Under the pieces are notes generated by a model. It had not been told where the DNA came from, made no database searches, and saw nothing but the letters and a program-made list of their open reading frames with translations. A stretch of 46,668 nucleotides of DNA from an uncultured Candidatus Bathyarchaeia archaeon. GTDB lineage: Archaea > Thermoproteota > Bathyarchaeia > Bathyarchaeales > Bathycorpusculaceae. Location: assembly GCA_964573475.1 (NCBI GenBank), contig CAZNJT010000001.1:1887-48554 (forward strand), given 5' to 3'. Every line of letters begins with the position of its first letter. Within the stretch, counting starts at the first letter, position 1. The position numbers and the translations under genes are program-made. Positions 9,785 to 18,389 of this stretch are shown piece by piece.

Positions 9785-10930
9785 TCATGTTGTGGTTTTT
9801 CGCTTGTAACCATAATTTTCAGCATCATAAAACGGAAAAGGCACAATTTTTCCCTTTGCCAGCTTATCGCGTATCTTCACGTTAATAATGTTTCCCTCTT
9901 GGGCTTGAGAAGTTTGAATATAAGCCATTCCTACGCCACATTTAAGCAGTGGCGAAAATGTTCCACTTGTTATGTGTCCTATATTTTCACCTTTATCGCT
10001 GTAGATTTCATAGCTTGGTCGTGGTATTCCCTGTTCGATTATCCGTATTCCGACACGTTTGCGTTTAATTCCTTCATTTTTCTGTTTCAGCAGTGCCTCC
10101 TTTCCTACGAAGTTTTCCTTCTGGAATTTCACTACAAAACCCAGCGCCGCTTCTAAAGGAGTCGTGTTTTCATCGATGTCGTTTCCATATAGACACATTC
10201 CAGCTTCAAGCCTTAACGTGTCTCTTGCTCCCAATCCGCATGGTTCTATTCCGAAGGTTTTACCAGCTTCGAGAATGGCATTCCACAACTTTACAGCGTT
10301 ATCTGGATTTGCTAATGAGGCTTCCCATATGAAAACTTCGAATCCATCCTCGCCTGTATACCCTGTTCGAGAGAGAAAAACATCTACATTTGCCAATCGT
10401 GAATGGGCACATTTGAATCGTTCAATTTTGCTTAAATCTTCTGTGGAAATTTTTTGAAGGGTTTTTTCGGCGTTTGGACCCTGAACTGCGAACATTGCGA
10501 CGTCATCTGAAATTTCTTCGATTTTTACGTTGAAGCTTTTAGCATTTGTAACCAGCCAATTGTAGTCTTTTTCTCTATTGGTTGCGTTGGAAACCATCAT
10601 GAACTTTTCCTCTTCCAACCGGTATATTACAAAGTCATCTATTATACCGCCGTTTTCATTACACATGACTGAATATTGGGCACTATTAGGCGACAGCCTA
10701 GAAACATCGTTTGTTATTACGTAGTTTAAGAAATGTTCAGAGTCAGCGCCTTTGATTATTACCCGTCCCATATGGGAGATATCAAAAATGCCAACGCTGT
10801 TCCGCACTGTCAAATGTTCGGGTATTACGCCCTTATACCATAGGGGCATTTCAAAACCAGCAAAAACCGTCAATTTCGCCGTTCGCTGATGCATCTCATA
10901 GAGTTGGATTCTATGAATTTTTTCTGCCAA
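9785..10930 (-). CDS. gcvT: Glycine cleavage system T protein (aminomethyltransferase)
   Basis: N-terminus TVFAGFEMPLWYKGVIPEHLTVRNSVGIFDISHMGRVIIKG is typical of GcvT. TTG start with GGAGGAGTG 7 nt upstream. Confidence 0.92.
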   Translation of the reverse strand: MAEKIHRIQLYEMHQRTAKLTVFAGFEMPLWYKGVIPEHLTVRNSVGIFDISHMGRVIIKGADSEHFLNYVITNDVSRLSPNSAQYSVMCNENGGIIDDFVIYRLEEEKFMMVSNATNREKDYNWLVTNAKSFNVKIEEISDDVAMFAVQGPNAEKTLQKISTEDLSKIERFKCAHSRLANVDVFLSRTGYTGEDGFEVFIWEASLANPDNAVKLWNAILEAGKTFGIEPCGLGARDTLRLEAGMCLYGNDIDENTTPLEAALGFVVKFQKENFVGKEALLKQKNEGIKRKRVGIRIIEQGIPRPSYEIYSDKGENIGHITSGTFSPLLKCGVGMAYIQTSQAQEGNIINVKIRDKLAKGKIVPFPFYDAENYGYKRKTTT

Positions 10931-10955
10931 AATTTTTCACTCCTCCGCCAACATC

Positions 10956-11156
10956 TTATTTTATGGGCTTTACTTCGACATTAATGGGTATGAGTGCAAG
11001 TTTCTTGCCGCACTTTGGACATTTCCCATTATGTTCATGTAAAATTTCATCGGGTGGCCTTAGTTCAGCACCATCATATAAAACGTAGCCACATTGTTGA
11101 CATATAACACGTTGGGGCAAATCAATACACTCCACACAACGGTAAGGAATAAGCAT
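10956..11156 (-). CDS. Small zinc-ribbon protein, function unknown
   Basis: 66 aa with C7xxC10...C19xxC22 and H39xH41...C46xxC49. Lies 25 nt upstream of gcvT on the same strand. Confidence 0.5.
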   Translation of the reverse strand: MLIPYRCVECIDLPQRVICQQCGYVLYDGAELRPPDEILHEHNGKCPKCGKKLALIPINVEVKPIK

Positions 11157-11281
11157 CTACGGCATATTTATTGGTTTGCTAATCAAAATTTGCCACCCCA
11201 CAATTCGACACAAAACTTTAATTTTAGATAATGCTTAATTCTGGAAACCATTTCCATTACGCCTACATAGTTTGTGTAAGC

Positions 11282-13381
11282 ATGGAAAAGTACACGCTAA
11301 TCATCACTGAAAAGCCGGATGCAGCGCAAAGAATAGCCTCTGCCCTTGACGCACAAGGAAAAGCAAAGAAAATGGAGCATAACGGAGTACCATATTATGT
11401 GGCAAAACGGGATAAGGAGATAATTGTTGTTCCGGCTTTAGGACATTTATACACGGTTGCCGAAGAAAGAAGCGGAAGAAACCATTATCCCGTTTTCAGT
11501 TTTAAATGGGTGCCAAGATACGTCGCCGAGAGAGGTGCAAAACAAATTCGCACATGGCTTGAAACTATTTCAAAATTGGCAAATGACGCTGACATGTTTA
11601 TTGACGCATGCGACTACGACATTGAAGGAAGCATTATTGGATACTGCTTACTAAAATATGCATGCACTAACAAAGAAGGCATCTCAAAACGCATGAAATA
11701 TTCCACCTTAACCAAGGAGGAACTAGAGAAATCCTATGCTGAAACGTTGCCACATCTGGATTTTGCCCTAATAGAGGCTGGACGCACAAGACATGAAGTT
11801 GACTGGCTTTACGGTATAAACCTTTCACGGGCATTAACAATAGCGGCGAGGGATTGGAGCGGAAAATACGCAACATTAAGCACAGGAAGAGTACAAGGTC
11901 CAACGCTCAGATTCCTCGTGGCTAGAGAAAAAGCAATCAGATGTTTCGTGCCAACCCCTTACTGGAGCATAAAAGCAGAAGCCGAAATAGCTGGTTCAAT
12001 TTTCGAGGCGGGATATGAAAAGAAAATCATCGAAACCAAAATGGAAGCAAACACCATAGTTGACGTTTGCAAGGGAAAAAACGGCGAAACAGAGAAAATA
12101 GATGTTAAAAAATTCCAGCAAATGCCACCAACCCCCTTTGATTTAGGCGCTCTACAAAGCGAAGCCTACGGCCTCTTCGGCTATACGCCAATGCATACTT
12201 CAAACATCGCTCAACGCTTATACTTAGACGCTTTAATCTCTTACCCGAGAACAAGTAGTCAAAAACTCCCGCCAGCAATAAATTATGAGGCAATACTAAA
12301 AAACCTAAACGAGGTTCCTGAATATAAGAAACTTACAGCGGAACTTCTTACAAAAACGGAATTGAAGCCCAATGAAGGAAAGAAAGAAGACTCGGCACAT
12401 CCAGCCATATATCCAACTGGAAACTTGCCAGAAAGGGTTCTAGAAACCTCTGAAAGAAACATTTGGGACCTTGTCGTTCGAAGGTTTATGGCGGTTTTTG
12501 GTGAACCAGCCATAAGGCAAAGCATCAAAGTCTGCATCAATGTAAATGGGCATCGCTTTTACCTACGGGGAAGACAAACTTTAAGGGAAGGTTGGCTACG
12601 CTTCTATGGACCTTACGTAAGGTCAGGAGAAGTTTTATTGCCCCCAATAGAAGAGGGACAAGCAATCAACATCAAAAAAGTGATTTTAGAAGATAAGTTC
12701 ACTAAACCGCCGTCACGATATAATCCGAGTAGCCTCCTTAAAAAAATGGAAGAAGCAGAAATCGGAACAAAAGCTACAAGGGCTGGTATTATACAGACAC
12801 TCTATGACAGAAAATATGTTAGAGACGAAAGAATGATTGTAACAGATTTAGGTTTCGAGGTTCTCGAGGTTCTGAAAAAATATTGCCCAACGGTTGTTTC
12901 AATGAAACTGACAAAAGAACTTGAAGAAAAGATGAATAAGATTCAGATAAACGGCGAAAAAAGAGAAAATGTCCTTCTAGACGCTGTTGAAATCCTTAAA
13001 CCCGTAGCAGAGGAGTTAAAAGGCAAGGAGAAAATAATCGGCGAACAACTAAGCAACGCCATAAAAAGAGCAAGACTTGAAGAAGGAACCATTGGCATTT
13101 GCCCGATTTGTAACACTGGAAAACTCATGATGATATATTCGAGAAGAACTGGCAAACGTTTCGTTGGATGCACAAACTACTTCAAAGGATTATGCAAGGC
13201 ATCATTCCCACTTCCGCAGAAAGGCACTGTAAGACCACTTGGAACGAACTGTCGTGGATGCGGTTGGCCTACAGTTCAGGTTCGAATAAAGGGAAGACGT
13301 CCGTGGACGCTGTGTTTCAATCCAAAGTGCCCATTGAAAGAGGAAAGGAGGAAAAGAATTGACCTGCAAAATATGCAGTAG
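11282..13381 (+). CDS. topA: Type IA DNA topoisomerase (archaeal TopA/Topo III-like) with C-terminal zinc fingers
   Basis: Toprim TLIITEKPDAAQ and ACDYDIEGS, active-site Tyr in LISYPRTSSQ, C-terminal CPICNTG...CTNY and CRGCGW fingers. Start placed at ATG 11282 (MEKYTLIITEKP); the track ORF starts at 11231. Confidence 0.92.
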   Translation: MEKYTLIITEKPDAAQRIASALDAQGKAKKMEHNGVPYYVAKRDKEIIVVPALGHLYTVAEERSGRNHYPVFSFKWVPRYVAERGAKQIRTWLETISKLANDADMFIDACDYDIEGSIIGYCLLKYACTNKEGISKRMKYSTLTKEELEKSYAETLPHLDFALIEAGRTRHEVDWLYGINLSRALTIAARDWSGKYATLSTGRVQGPTLRFLVAREKAIRCFVPTPYWSIKAEAEIAGSIFEAGYEKKIIETKMEANTIVDVCKGKNGETEKIDVKKFQQMPPTPFDLGALQSEAYGLFGYTPMHTSNIAQRLYLDALISYPRTSSQKLPPAINYEAILKNLNEVPEYKKLTAELLTKTELKPNEGKKEDSAHPAIYPTGNLPERVLETSERNIWDLVVRRFMAVFGEPAIRQSIKVCINVNGHRFYLRGRQTLREGWLRFYGPYVRSGEVLLPPIEEGQAINIKKVILEDKFTKPPSRYNPSSLLKKMEEAEIGTKATRAGIIQTLYDRKYVRDERMIVTDLGFEVLEVLKKYCPTVVSMKLTKELEEKMNKIQINGEKRENVLLDAVEILKPVAEELKGKEKIIGEQLSNAIKRARLEEGTIGICPICNTGKLMMIYSRRTGKRFVGCTNYFKGLCKASFPLPQKGTVRPLGTNCRGCGWPTVQVRIKGRRPWTLCFNPKCPLKEERRKRIDLQNMQ

Positions 13382-13592
13382 GGAAGCTGGCGAAAACGGT
13401 TATTGCGAGTTGCACATGAAAGCCTATGAAAGCATCGTTAAAAAATATGAGCCTTGGAAAAGGGCATTGAAAATCTCTTGGAAAGAGTATTTAAGCGAGG
13501 TTGTTAAGAATCCTTTAACAGGAGAATGGGCTAAAGAAGTGGCGGAATATTTAATTAATAGTGGAGAAAAGCAAAATGTCACGAACGGTTAA
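13359..13592 (+). CDS. Small CxxC protein, function unknown
   Basis: TTG start 6 nt after AAGGAGGA. 77 aa with C3xxC6...C16xxH19. Overlaps the topA 3' end by 23 nt and the next gene by 17 nt. Confidence 0.45.
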   Translation: MTCKICSREAGENGYCELHMKAYESIVKKYEPWKRALKISWKEYLSEVVKNPLTGEWAKEVAEYLINSGEKQNVTNG

Positions 13593-13992
13593 GAAAAAAA
13601 TCTCATCAATGTCTTATTCCTTAAACGGATTATACCGAAAAATTTCAACAATGAAACCATCAACTCTGATTCTTTCAATAATCACCATTGCTATCGCGAT
13701 ATTTTTGTTTGGCGGCGGTCTGTATAACTTAACAGTGAAGCCTTATTCAGCAGTTTATTCTCAAGGACGCTTCGTCTTAGTTTATCCAAGTCTCTCAGAA
13801 CAATTTATAGCTGACAGCGTTGCTGCCATAATTCTATACTCACTTGGCACCGTTGGATTAATAGCCATATATCAAAGCACAAAATACGCATATAAGCCAA
13901 GACAAGCCTACATGATGTTTGCAGTAGGAACCGTTCTTCTACTATTGGCGTACATATTCCTTGAAGTTGAAATAAAAATTAAAACCGGTTAA
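13576..13992 (+). CDS. Three-TM membrane protein resembling eukaryotic OSTC/DC2 (OST3/OST6 superfamily); tentative
   Basis: Three hydrophobic helices. GGGLYNLTVKPYS, EQFIADSVAAIILYSLGTVGLIAIY and AYMMFAVGTVLLLLAYIFLEV align by eye with human OSTC as I remember it. ATG 13576 is chosen after GGAGAA; the track ORF starts at GTG 13561. Confidence 0.45.
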   Translation: MSRTVKKKISSMSYSLNGLYRKISTMKPSTLILSIITIAIAIFLFGGGLYNLTVKPYSAVYSQGRFVLVYPSLSEQFIADSVAAIILYSLGTVGLIAIYQSTKYAYKPRQAYMMFAVGTVLLLLAYIFLEVEIKIKTG

Positions 13993-13997
13993 TAAAT

Positions 13998-14513
13998 CTA
14001 CCAAGGATTATTTTTTAAGCCAAGTTTGTACGCTGCAAAATTTGTTAACAAATGTATAGGAGGAGTTACAATTAGCACTGCTAGGATAAGCTCGGGAAAC
14101 AAGTTTTTTAACGAAAAGAAAAATGAGAACAGAATTGCTCCAATTATGAAGTCAACCTGATCAATAACTGGCAACAGGTCACCAGGGGCAAGCCCAAGTC
14201 TTCTCTTTACAAAAGCGCCTGCTAAGTCTCCAAATAAAGCTCCCAAGGATAACAAGAAACCAGATAAAATAGAATATTCAGGGAAAAATACACCTTCTAC
14301 TAAACCAACAGCGGTTCCAACAGCCAGTCCGGAAAAGAAACCTTGAAAGGTCTTGTTTTTCCCAAGAATTGGTTTTCCATCAAAAAATTTTTTTCCAAAA
14401 TCTATAGGATAGCCCCCGCCGGTAATTACTGGTATGGCGTTTGCACAGTATGCTGGAAATATGAACTTTAATGCTTCAATAATTAGCTCTATTATTCCCA
14501 TTTCCATAACCAT
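13998..14513 (-). CDS. carS: CDP-archaeol synthase (CarS, DUF46 family)
   Basis: FPAYCANAIPVITGGGYPIDFGKKFFDGKPILGKNKTFQGF is the CarS signature region. Start placed at ATG 14513, which shares one nt with the upstream TGA (TGATG). The track ORF extends to 14564. Confidence 0.85.
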   Translation of the reverse strand: MVMEMGIIELIIEALKFIFPAYCANAIPVITGGGYPIDFGKKFFDGKPILGKNKTFQGFFSGLAVGTAVGLVEGVFFPEYSILSGFLLSLGALFGDLAGAFVKRRLGLAPGDLLPVIDQVDFIIGAILFSFFFSLKNLFPELILAVLIVTPPIHLLTNFAAYKLGLKNNPW

Positions 14514-15223
14514 CAATGAGTTGAATACTCGTGTATTCCTGTTTCTCCTATTTTTAAATGGCAAATTAGGGGCTGAACCTTTTTTGGACTTTTTTCCAAA
14601 ATTGCCTTGATTATTCCTGGGTTTTCGGTAGGTTTCATGACGATTATTGTGTCAGCCCAGAACTTTATGACCCTTGTGGCCACTGGTTCTATGCTTACGT
14701 GAGCCTCGTTGAAAACGCTTCGCACTTGGCTTGTCATTAAAACAGCGATTTTCTGAGTTTTGGCAATCTGCGCTAACAATGCCATCTGCCTATTTAATTC
14801 ACGATTTAGTTCAAATGTTTTTTCTGGAAATTCTGCAATTTCGGCGCGATAAAGCGTTGTGATGGTATCAATAATTACGAGCCCGAAGTTTTTAGTTATA
14901 TAATCTGTTAACTGGTCTATAACAAGTGTTTGTTCGCGGAAATTGTTTGGTTTCATCAGAATTATCAGCTCTGCAATTTCTTTGAATTTTTCAGAGGCCA
15001 TCTGAGAAAGCCTTCTGCTGAAGAAAGTGCCGTCGCAATCTACAAATAACGTTTTATAACCTTTCCCCGCACAATTTATGGCACATTGTATAGCTAGGGT
15101 TGTTTTTCCAGTCTCTGCTTCCCCATAGATTAAGCTAACACTTTCAAATGGGATGCCTCCTTCTAGAATCTTGTCAATTGTCCTACAGCCTGTTGGAATC
15201 TTCTGTACCACGGTCACGCACAT
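14513..15223 (-). CDS. RadB-like RecA-superfamily ATPase (RadA paralogue)
   Basis: Walker A GEAETGKT, VDCDGTFFSRRL, Walker B LVIIDTITTLYR, IAVLMTSQV. About 236 aa with no N-terminal HhH domain. ATG 15223; the track begins at TTG 15226. Confidence 0.8.
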   Translation of the reverse strand: MCVTVVQKIPTGCRTIDKILEGGIPFESVSLIYGEAETGKTTLAIQCAINCAGKGYKTLFVDCDGTFFSRRLSQMASEKFKEIAELIILMKPNNFREQTLVIDQLTDYITKNFGLVIIDTITTLYRAEIAEFPEKTFELNRELNRQMALLAQIAKTQKIAVLMTSQVRSVFNEAHVSIEPVATRVIKFWADTIIVMKPTENPGIIKAILEKSPKKVQPLICHLKIGETGIHEYSTH

Positions 15224-15292
15224 CAACGAATATAAACCACGAAACTAATAATTTGTTTTGTGTTCAAACATATATACAAATAGGAAAGCTAT

Positions 15293-15946
15293 ATGAAAGC
15301 GAAGATTGCTGTTGCGACTGTTTCAGGAAAAGCCTACTACTTAATTGTCAACGAGTTGAAAAGGAAGAATATACCTTTCATAAGCTTAACTCCAAATGAT
15401 ATTATCCCCATAGAAATTAGAGTTGTCATAACCACAAAAGAGGAGCAACATCTAATAAATCATGAAAAAATTCTGGTGTACCATGACGGAGTAGAACCAG
15501 AGGCATTGATAAATGAAGCATTACAAATTATTCAAGGAAAGGAATATTATGAAAAAATCGTTATAGGCGTAGACCCTGGTGAAGTTTTTGGAGTGGCAGT
15601 TCTGGCCGATGGAAAAGTCATTGAAACAGGAAACTGTTTTAGCGTTGAAGAAACATTAGAAAAAATAAAGAAAATCCTGAGGAACCTTGAGAAAATCCCA
15701 ATAACCTCGGTTTCAGTAAAAGTTGGCAACGGAGTCCCTGCATATAAAGAAAACCTTTTACTGGTTCTGGATAATGCACTACCTTCAAATGTAATGTTAG
15801 AAAGTGTGAGCGAAGCCGGAACAAACCGTTACTTAAGTGAAACTAAGCATAGAAGAGGTTTGAGAGATATTGTCTCAGCTATAAGAATAGCTGGAAGAAA
15901 TGGGCAAACATTTCCAAGGAGGAAAACAAATGATTCAAACAGTTGA
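15293..15946 (+). CDS. Predicted RNase H-fold (RuvC/YqgF-like) nuclease with an N-terminal extra domain
   Basis: VIGVDPGEVFGVAVLADGKV (first-strand Asp), SVSEAGTN (Glu) and RDIVSAIRIAGR (C-terminal Asp helix) follow the order of RuvC-like catalytic motifs. Recalls COG2433-type archaeal proteins. Confidence 0.5.
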   Translation: MKAKIAVATVSGKAYYLIVNELKRKNIPFISLTPNDIIPIEIRVVITTKEEQHLINHEKILVYHDGVEPEALINEALQIIQGKEYYEKIVIGVDPGEVFGVAVLADGKVIETGNCFSVEETLEKIKKILRNLEKIPITSVSVKVGNGVPAYKENLLLVLDNALPSNVMLESVSEAGTNRYLSETKHRRGLRDIVSAIRIAGRNGQTFPRRKTNDSNS

Positions 15947-17213
15947 AAATGGTAAAACTCTGTTAGTTGACGGCCCAGCCTCTGTCATTGTGACTTCAGG
16001 TAAGGTGGAGGTGTTTGGCTCCATAATGGGCAACACAAGAAAAGTTGTGATACGTGAGGGTAAAAGATTACCTTTTGCAGTAGAAGAAAAAGCGACTTTA
16101 AACATTTCGTTAGGAGAAAATGCCATTGTAGAAGAAGTTGATGGCAACACTATTCCAACATCGTGGATTAAATCATTTGAAGAACTTCTGAAAATTCAAG
16201 CGAAGCCTGTCACCGCAATAGTGCTGGGCACAGTTGATTCTGGAAAAACGAGTTTCTGCACATACTTAATAAACAAACTGCTACGTGAAAAAAAGAAAGT
16301 TGCAATTTTAGATGGAGACTTAGGTCAATCCGACATAGGACCACCGTGCACAGTTGCCTATAACTTCGTAACGAAGCCCATAACGGACTTATTTAATCTG
16401 GAAGCAAAAAATGCTTTCTTTGTTGGCGTCACTTCGCCAAGCATCGCCATCAACAAAGTAATTGAAGGCTTAACATCGCTAAAAAGAGAAATTTCAAGCA
16501 GTAATCCAGATTTTATTGTTATAAATACTGACGGTTGGGTTGAGGGAGAAGAGGCTGTTAATTATAAGGTTCAGCTCATTGAGGAACTTAACCCGGACAT
16601 AATTTTCTGCATTCAACAAAAAGACGAATTGACACCCTTCTTAAATGCCCTCGAAAAGTTCGTGAAGGTTGTTGCTGATTCTCCTTCAGCTATAAAACAA
16701 AGAAGTAGAGAAAAACGCAGAAGCTTACGGGAACTTGGATATATGAAATATTTGAGAAATGCAAAAGTGCAATCTCTTCCGCTAAACTGGTTAAAAATTG
16801 AAGAAAACGAACTATTTGGCTTAAGCGGATCACGTGAGAACACTAGACAGGCAAGGAAAATCTATGAACTTCTAGGAATGAAACCACTGCACCTTGCGGA
16901 ACTAAAGGATAGAATTTGCATAGTTATTGGTAGAAGACGCTGGATTAACGAAGACAACATAAAAAAGGTTGAAGAATTCGCGAAGAAGAAAATGGTTGTG
17001 ATTCGGAAGGGCGAAGAGGAAGACGTACTCATAGCTTTGTATAATGTCGAGAGAAAATTCCTAGGCATAGGCGTTTTAAAAGAGGTCGATTACTCAAGAA
17101 AAACTCTGAAGATTTTAACTCCCGTTGCGAAAGAAATTTCAATAGTTGCTCTAGGAAAAGTTAAACTGGACAAAAACCTAAAAGAAATTCCGGCTTTTAC
17201 AGAAGAAAACTAA
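15930..17213 (+). CDS. Clp1/Grc3-type polynucleotide 5'-hydroxyl kinase
   Basis: Walker A GTVDSGKTS, ILDGDLGQSDIGPP, INTDGW. ATG 15930 lies 6 nt after AAGGAGGA and overlaps the upstream gene by 17 nt. The track ORF starts at 15900. Confidence 0.85.
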   Translation: MIQTVENGKTLLVDGPASVIVTSGKVEVFGSIMGNTRKVVIREGKRLPFAVEEKATLNISLGENAIVEEVDGNTIPTSWIKSFEELLKIQAKPVTAIVLGTVDSGKTSFCTYLINKLLREKKKVAILDGDLGQSDIGPPCTVAYNFVTKPITDLFNLEAKNAFFVGVTSPSIAINKVIEGLTSLKREISSSNPDFIVINTDGWVEGEEAVNYKVQLIEELNPDIIFCIQQKDELTPFLNALEKFVKVVADSPSAIKQRSREKRRSLRELGYMKYLRNAKVQSLPLNWLKIEENELFGLSGSRENTRQARKIYELLGMKPLHLAELKDRICIVIGRRRWINEDNIKKVEEFAKKKMVVIRKGEEEDVLIALYNVERKFLGIGVLKEVDYSRKTLKILTPVAKEISIVALGKVKLDKNLKEIPAFTEEN

Positions 17214-17289
17214 TCGGAGTTCGCAACAATTAGAAAACTTTTTTGAAGAAATGCAAAGTCAAAAATGTTTGTCCAACTCTCATTTTACC

Positions 17290-17970
17290 TCACAACTGCT
17301 TTGATGGACAAAGCATGTTTACTGGACATTGCTTACATAAGGGATTTCTAGCTCTGCAATACTTTCTACCGAGTAAAATCAGCAAAACATGAACTGCTAA
17401 ATAGTCTTTTGGGTTGTAAAGTGATTGAAGGCGTTTACGGATAGTTTCATAGTCTCCGTTTGCAGGCGCTAAACCTAACCGTTTTGCTACACGATTGACG
17501 TGAGTGTCCACTGGGATTGTTGGTTTTTCTGAACAAAAAAGCAAGACGACATCGGCTGTTTTTGGTCCGACTCCCGAAAGCTGTAGAAGTGTTTTTCTTG
17601 CTTCTTCGAAGGGCAACGACAAAATTGGTTTTAGATTGCCGTGGAATTTTTCAAGGATTATTTTTGAGGTTTGTTTTATTGCTTTAGCTTTACTTCTATA
17701 CAAGCCAGCCACTTTCAAGCATTCTTCAATTTGGCTTATTTCGGCATTCGCCAATACTTCGGACGTTATTTCGAATCGCTTCGATAAGTTTTCGAAGGCT
17801 TTTGCCGTGTTTCTGCCAGCGGTGTTTTGCGAAATTATTGTTACGATTAATGTTTTAAATGGATCTCTGTTTGAGGTCGTCCATTCTGGCATTGTGAAGG
17901 TTTTTCGGAGGATTTGCAGAATTTTTTCTGCATGGTTTTCAGCCATTTGTTGCATCGCCTTTGAAAACAA
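17290..17970 (-). CDS. nth: Endonuclease III (HhH-GPD DNA glycosylase/AP lyase)
   Basis: HhH LSGVGPKTADVVLLF, VDTHVNRVAKRLGL, and the 4Fe-4S cluster loop CRARNPLCKQCPVNMLC. Confidence 0.93.
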   Translation of the reverse strand: MFSKAMQQMAENHAEKILQILRKTFTMPEWTTSNRDPFKTLIVTIISQNTAGRNTAKAFENLSKRFEITSEVLANAEISQIEECLKVAGLYRSKAKAIKQTSKIILEKFHGNLKPILSLPFEEARKTLLQLSGVGPKTADVVLLFCSEKPTIPVDTHVNRVAKRLGLAPANGDYETIRKRLQSLYNPKDYLAVHVLLILLGRKYCRARNPLCKQCPVNMLCPSKQL

Positions 17971-17990
17971 TAAATAGTGAATGCATGAAG

Positions 17991-18000
17991 CTATAAATAG
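17991..18000. promoter_or_regulatory. TATA-like box in the nth / PAC-like divergent spacer
   Basis: CTATAAATAG centred about 26 nt from the nth ATG (17970, would be leaderless) and about 22 nt from ATG 18018. Orientation cannot be decided from sequence. Confidence 0.3.
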
Positions 18001-18017
18001 GCAATGGAGACTTCAAT

Positions 18018-18389
18018 ATGGAACGCGCAAAGATTGTTAAAGACGAGATAATTGAGCAAAACGTGCGTTTTCTAGCAGTGTACATGGAAACAAAGAACGC
18101 GTGTTTAATTCTACTCAGCGAAAACGAAGACAAACTTGGAACGCTGGCAATTGCTGTCCCAAAACCAAGAGATTTGATAGGGCCAGCTTCATCGTCCATT
18201 CTTTTGGGTGATAAGAATGCAATTTCAGCCCGCATGTTCGCTGAGTATTTGGCTTCGAGAAAAGGAAAAATAGCGTTAGTTTCCATTTATTTGGAAACAA
18301 TCGACGAAATGCGAGCTCAATCAATTCTTATGAGGTTAATTGAAAAAGTTGTCCACAGAGAACTGGAAAAAGAGGGAACAACCGCATGA
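18018..18389 (+). CDS. Small protein resembling proteasome assembly chaperone PAC3/PAC4 (PSMG3/4); tentative
   Basis: 123 aa. KLGTLAIAVP...SSSILLGDKNAISARMFAEYLASRKGKIALVSIYL aligns by eye, without gaps, to human PSMG4 NLAVAM...STSLLGDTSDTTSTGLAQRLARKTNKQVFVSYNL as I remember it. ATGA overlap with the next gene. Confidence 0.45.
   Translation: MERAKIVKDEIIEQNVRFLAVYMETKNACLILLSENEDKLGTLAIAVPKPRDLIGPASSSILLGDKNAISARMFAEYLASRKGKIALVSIYLETIDEMRAQSILMRLIEKVVHRELEKEGTTA

Noticed and set aside
9770-10457. Plus-strand ORFs 9770-10156, 10059-10457 and 10093-10332 opposite gcvT
   Set aside because: They are antisense to gcvT, with low-complexity products.
17504-18286. ORFs 17504-17977 (+, antisense to nth) and 17939-18286 (-, antisense to the PAC-like gene)
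   Set aside because: nth is unambiguous. For 18018-18389 the plus-strand reading has an SD, an ATGA coupling to ubiD and a recognisable family resemblance. The minus-strand ORF has none of these.
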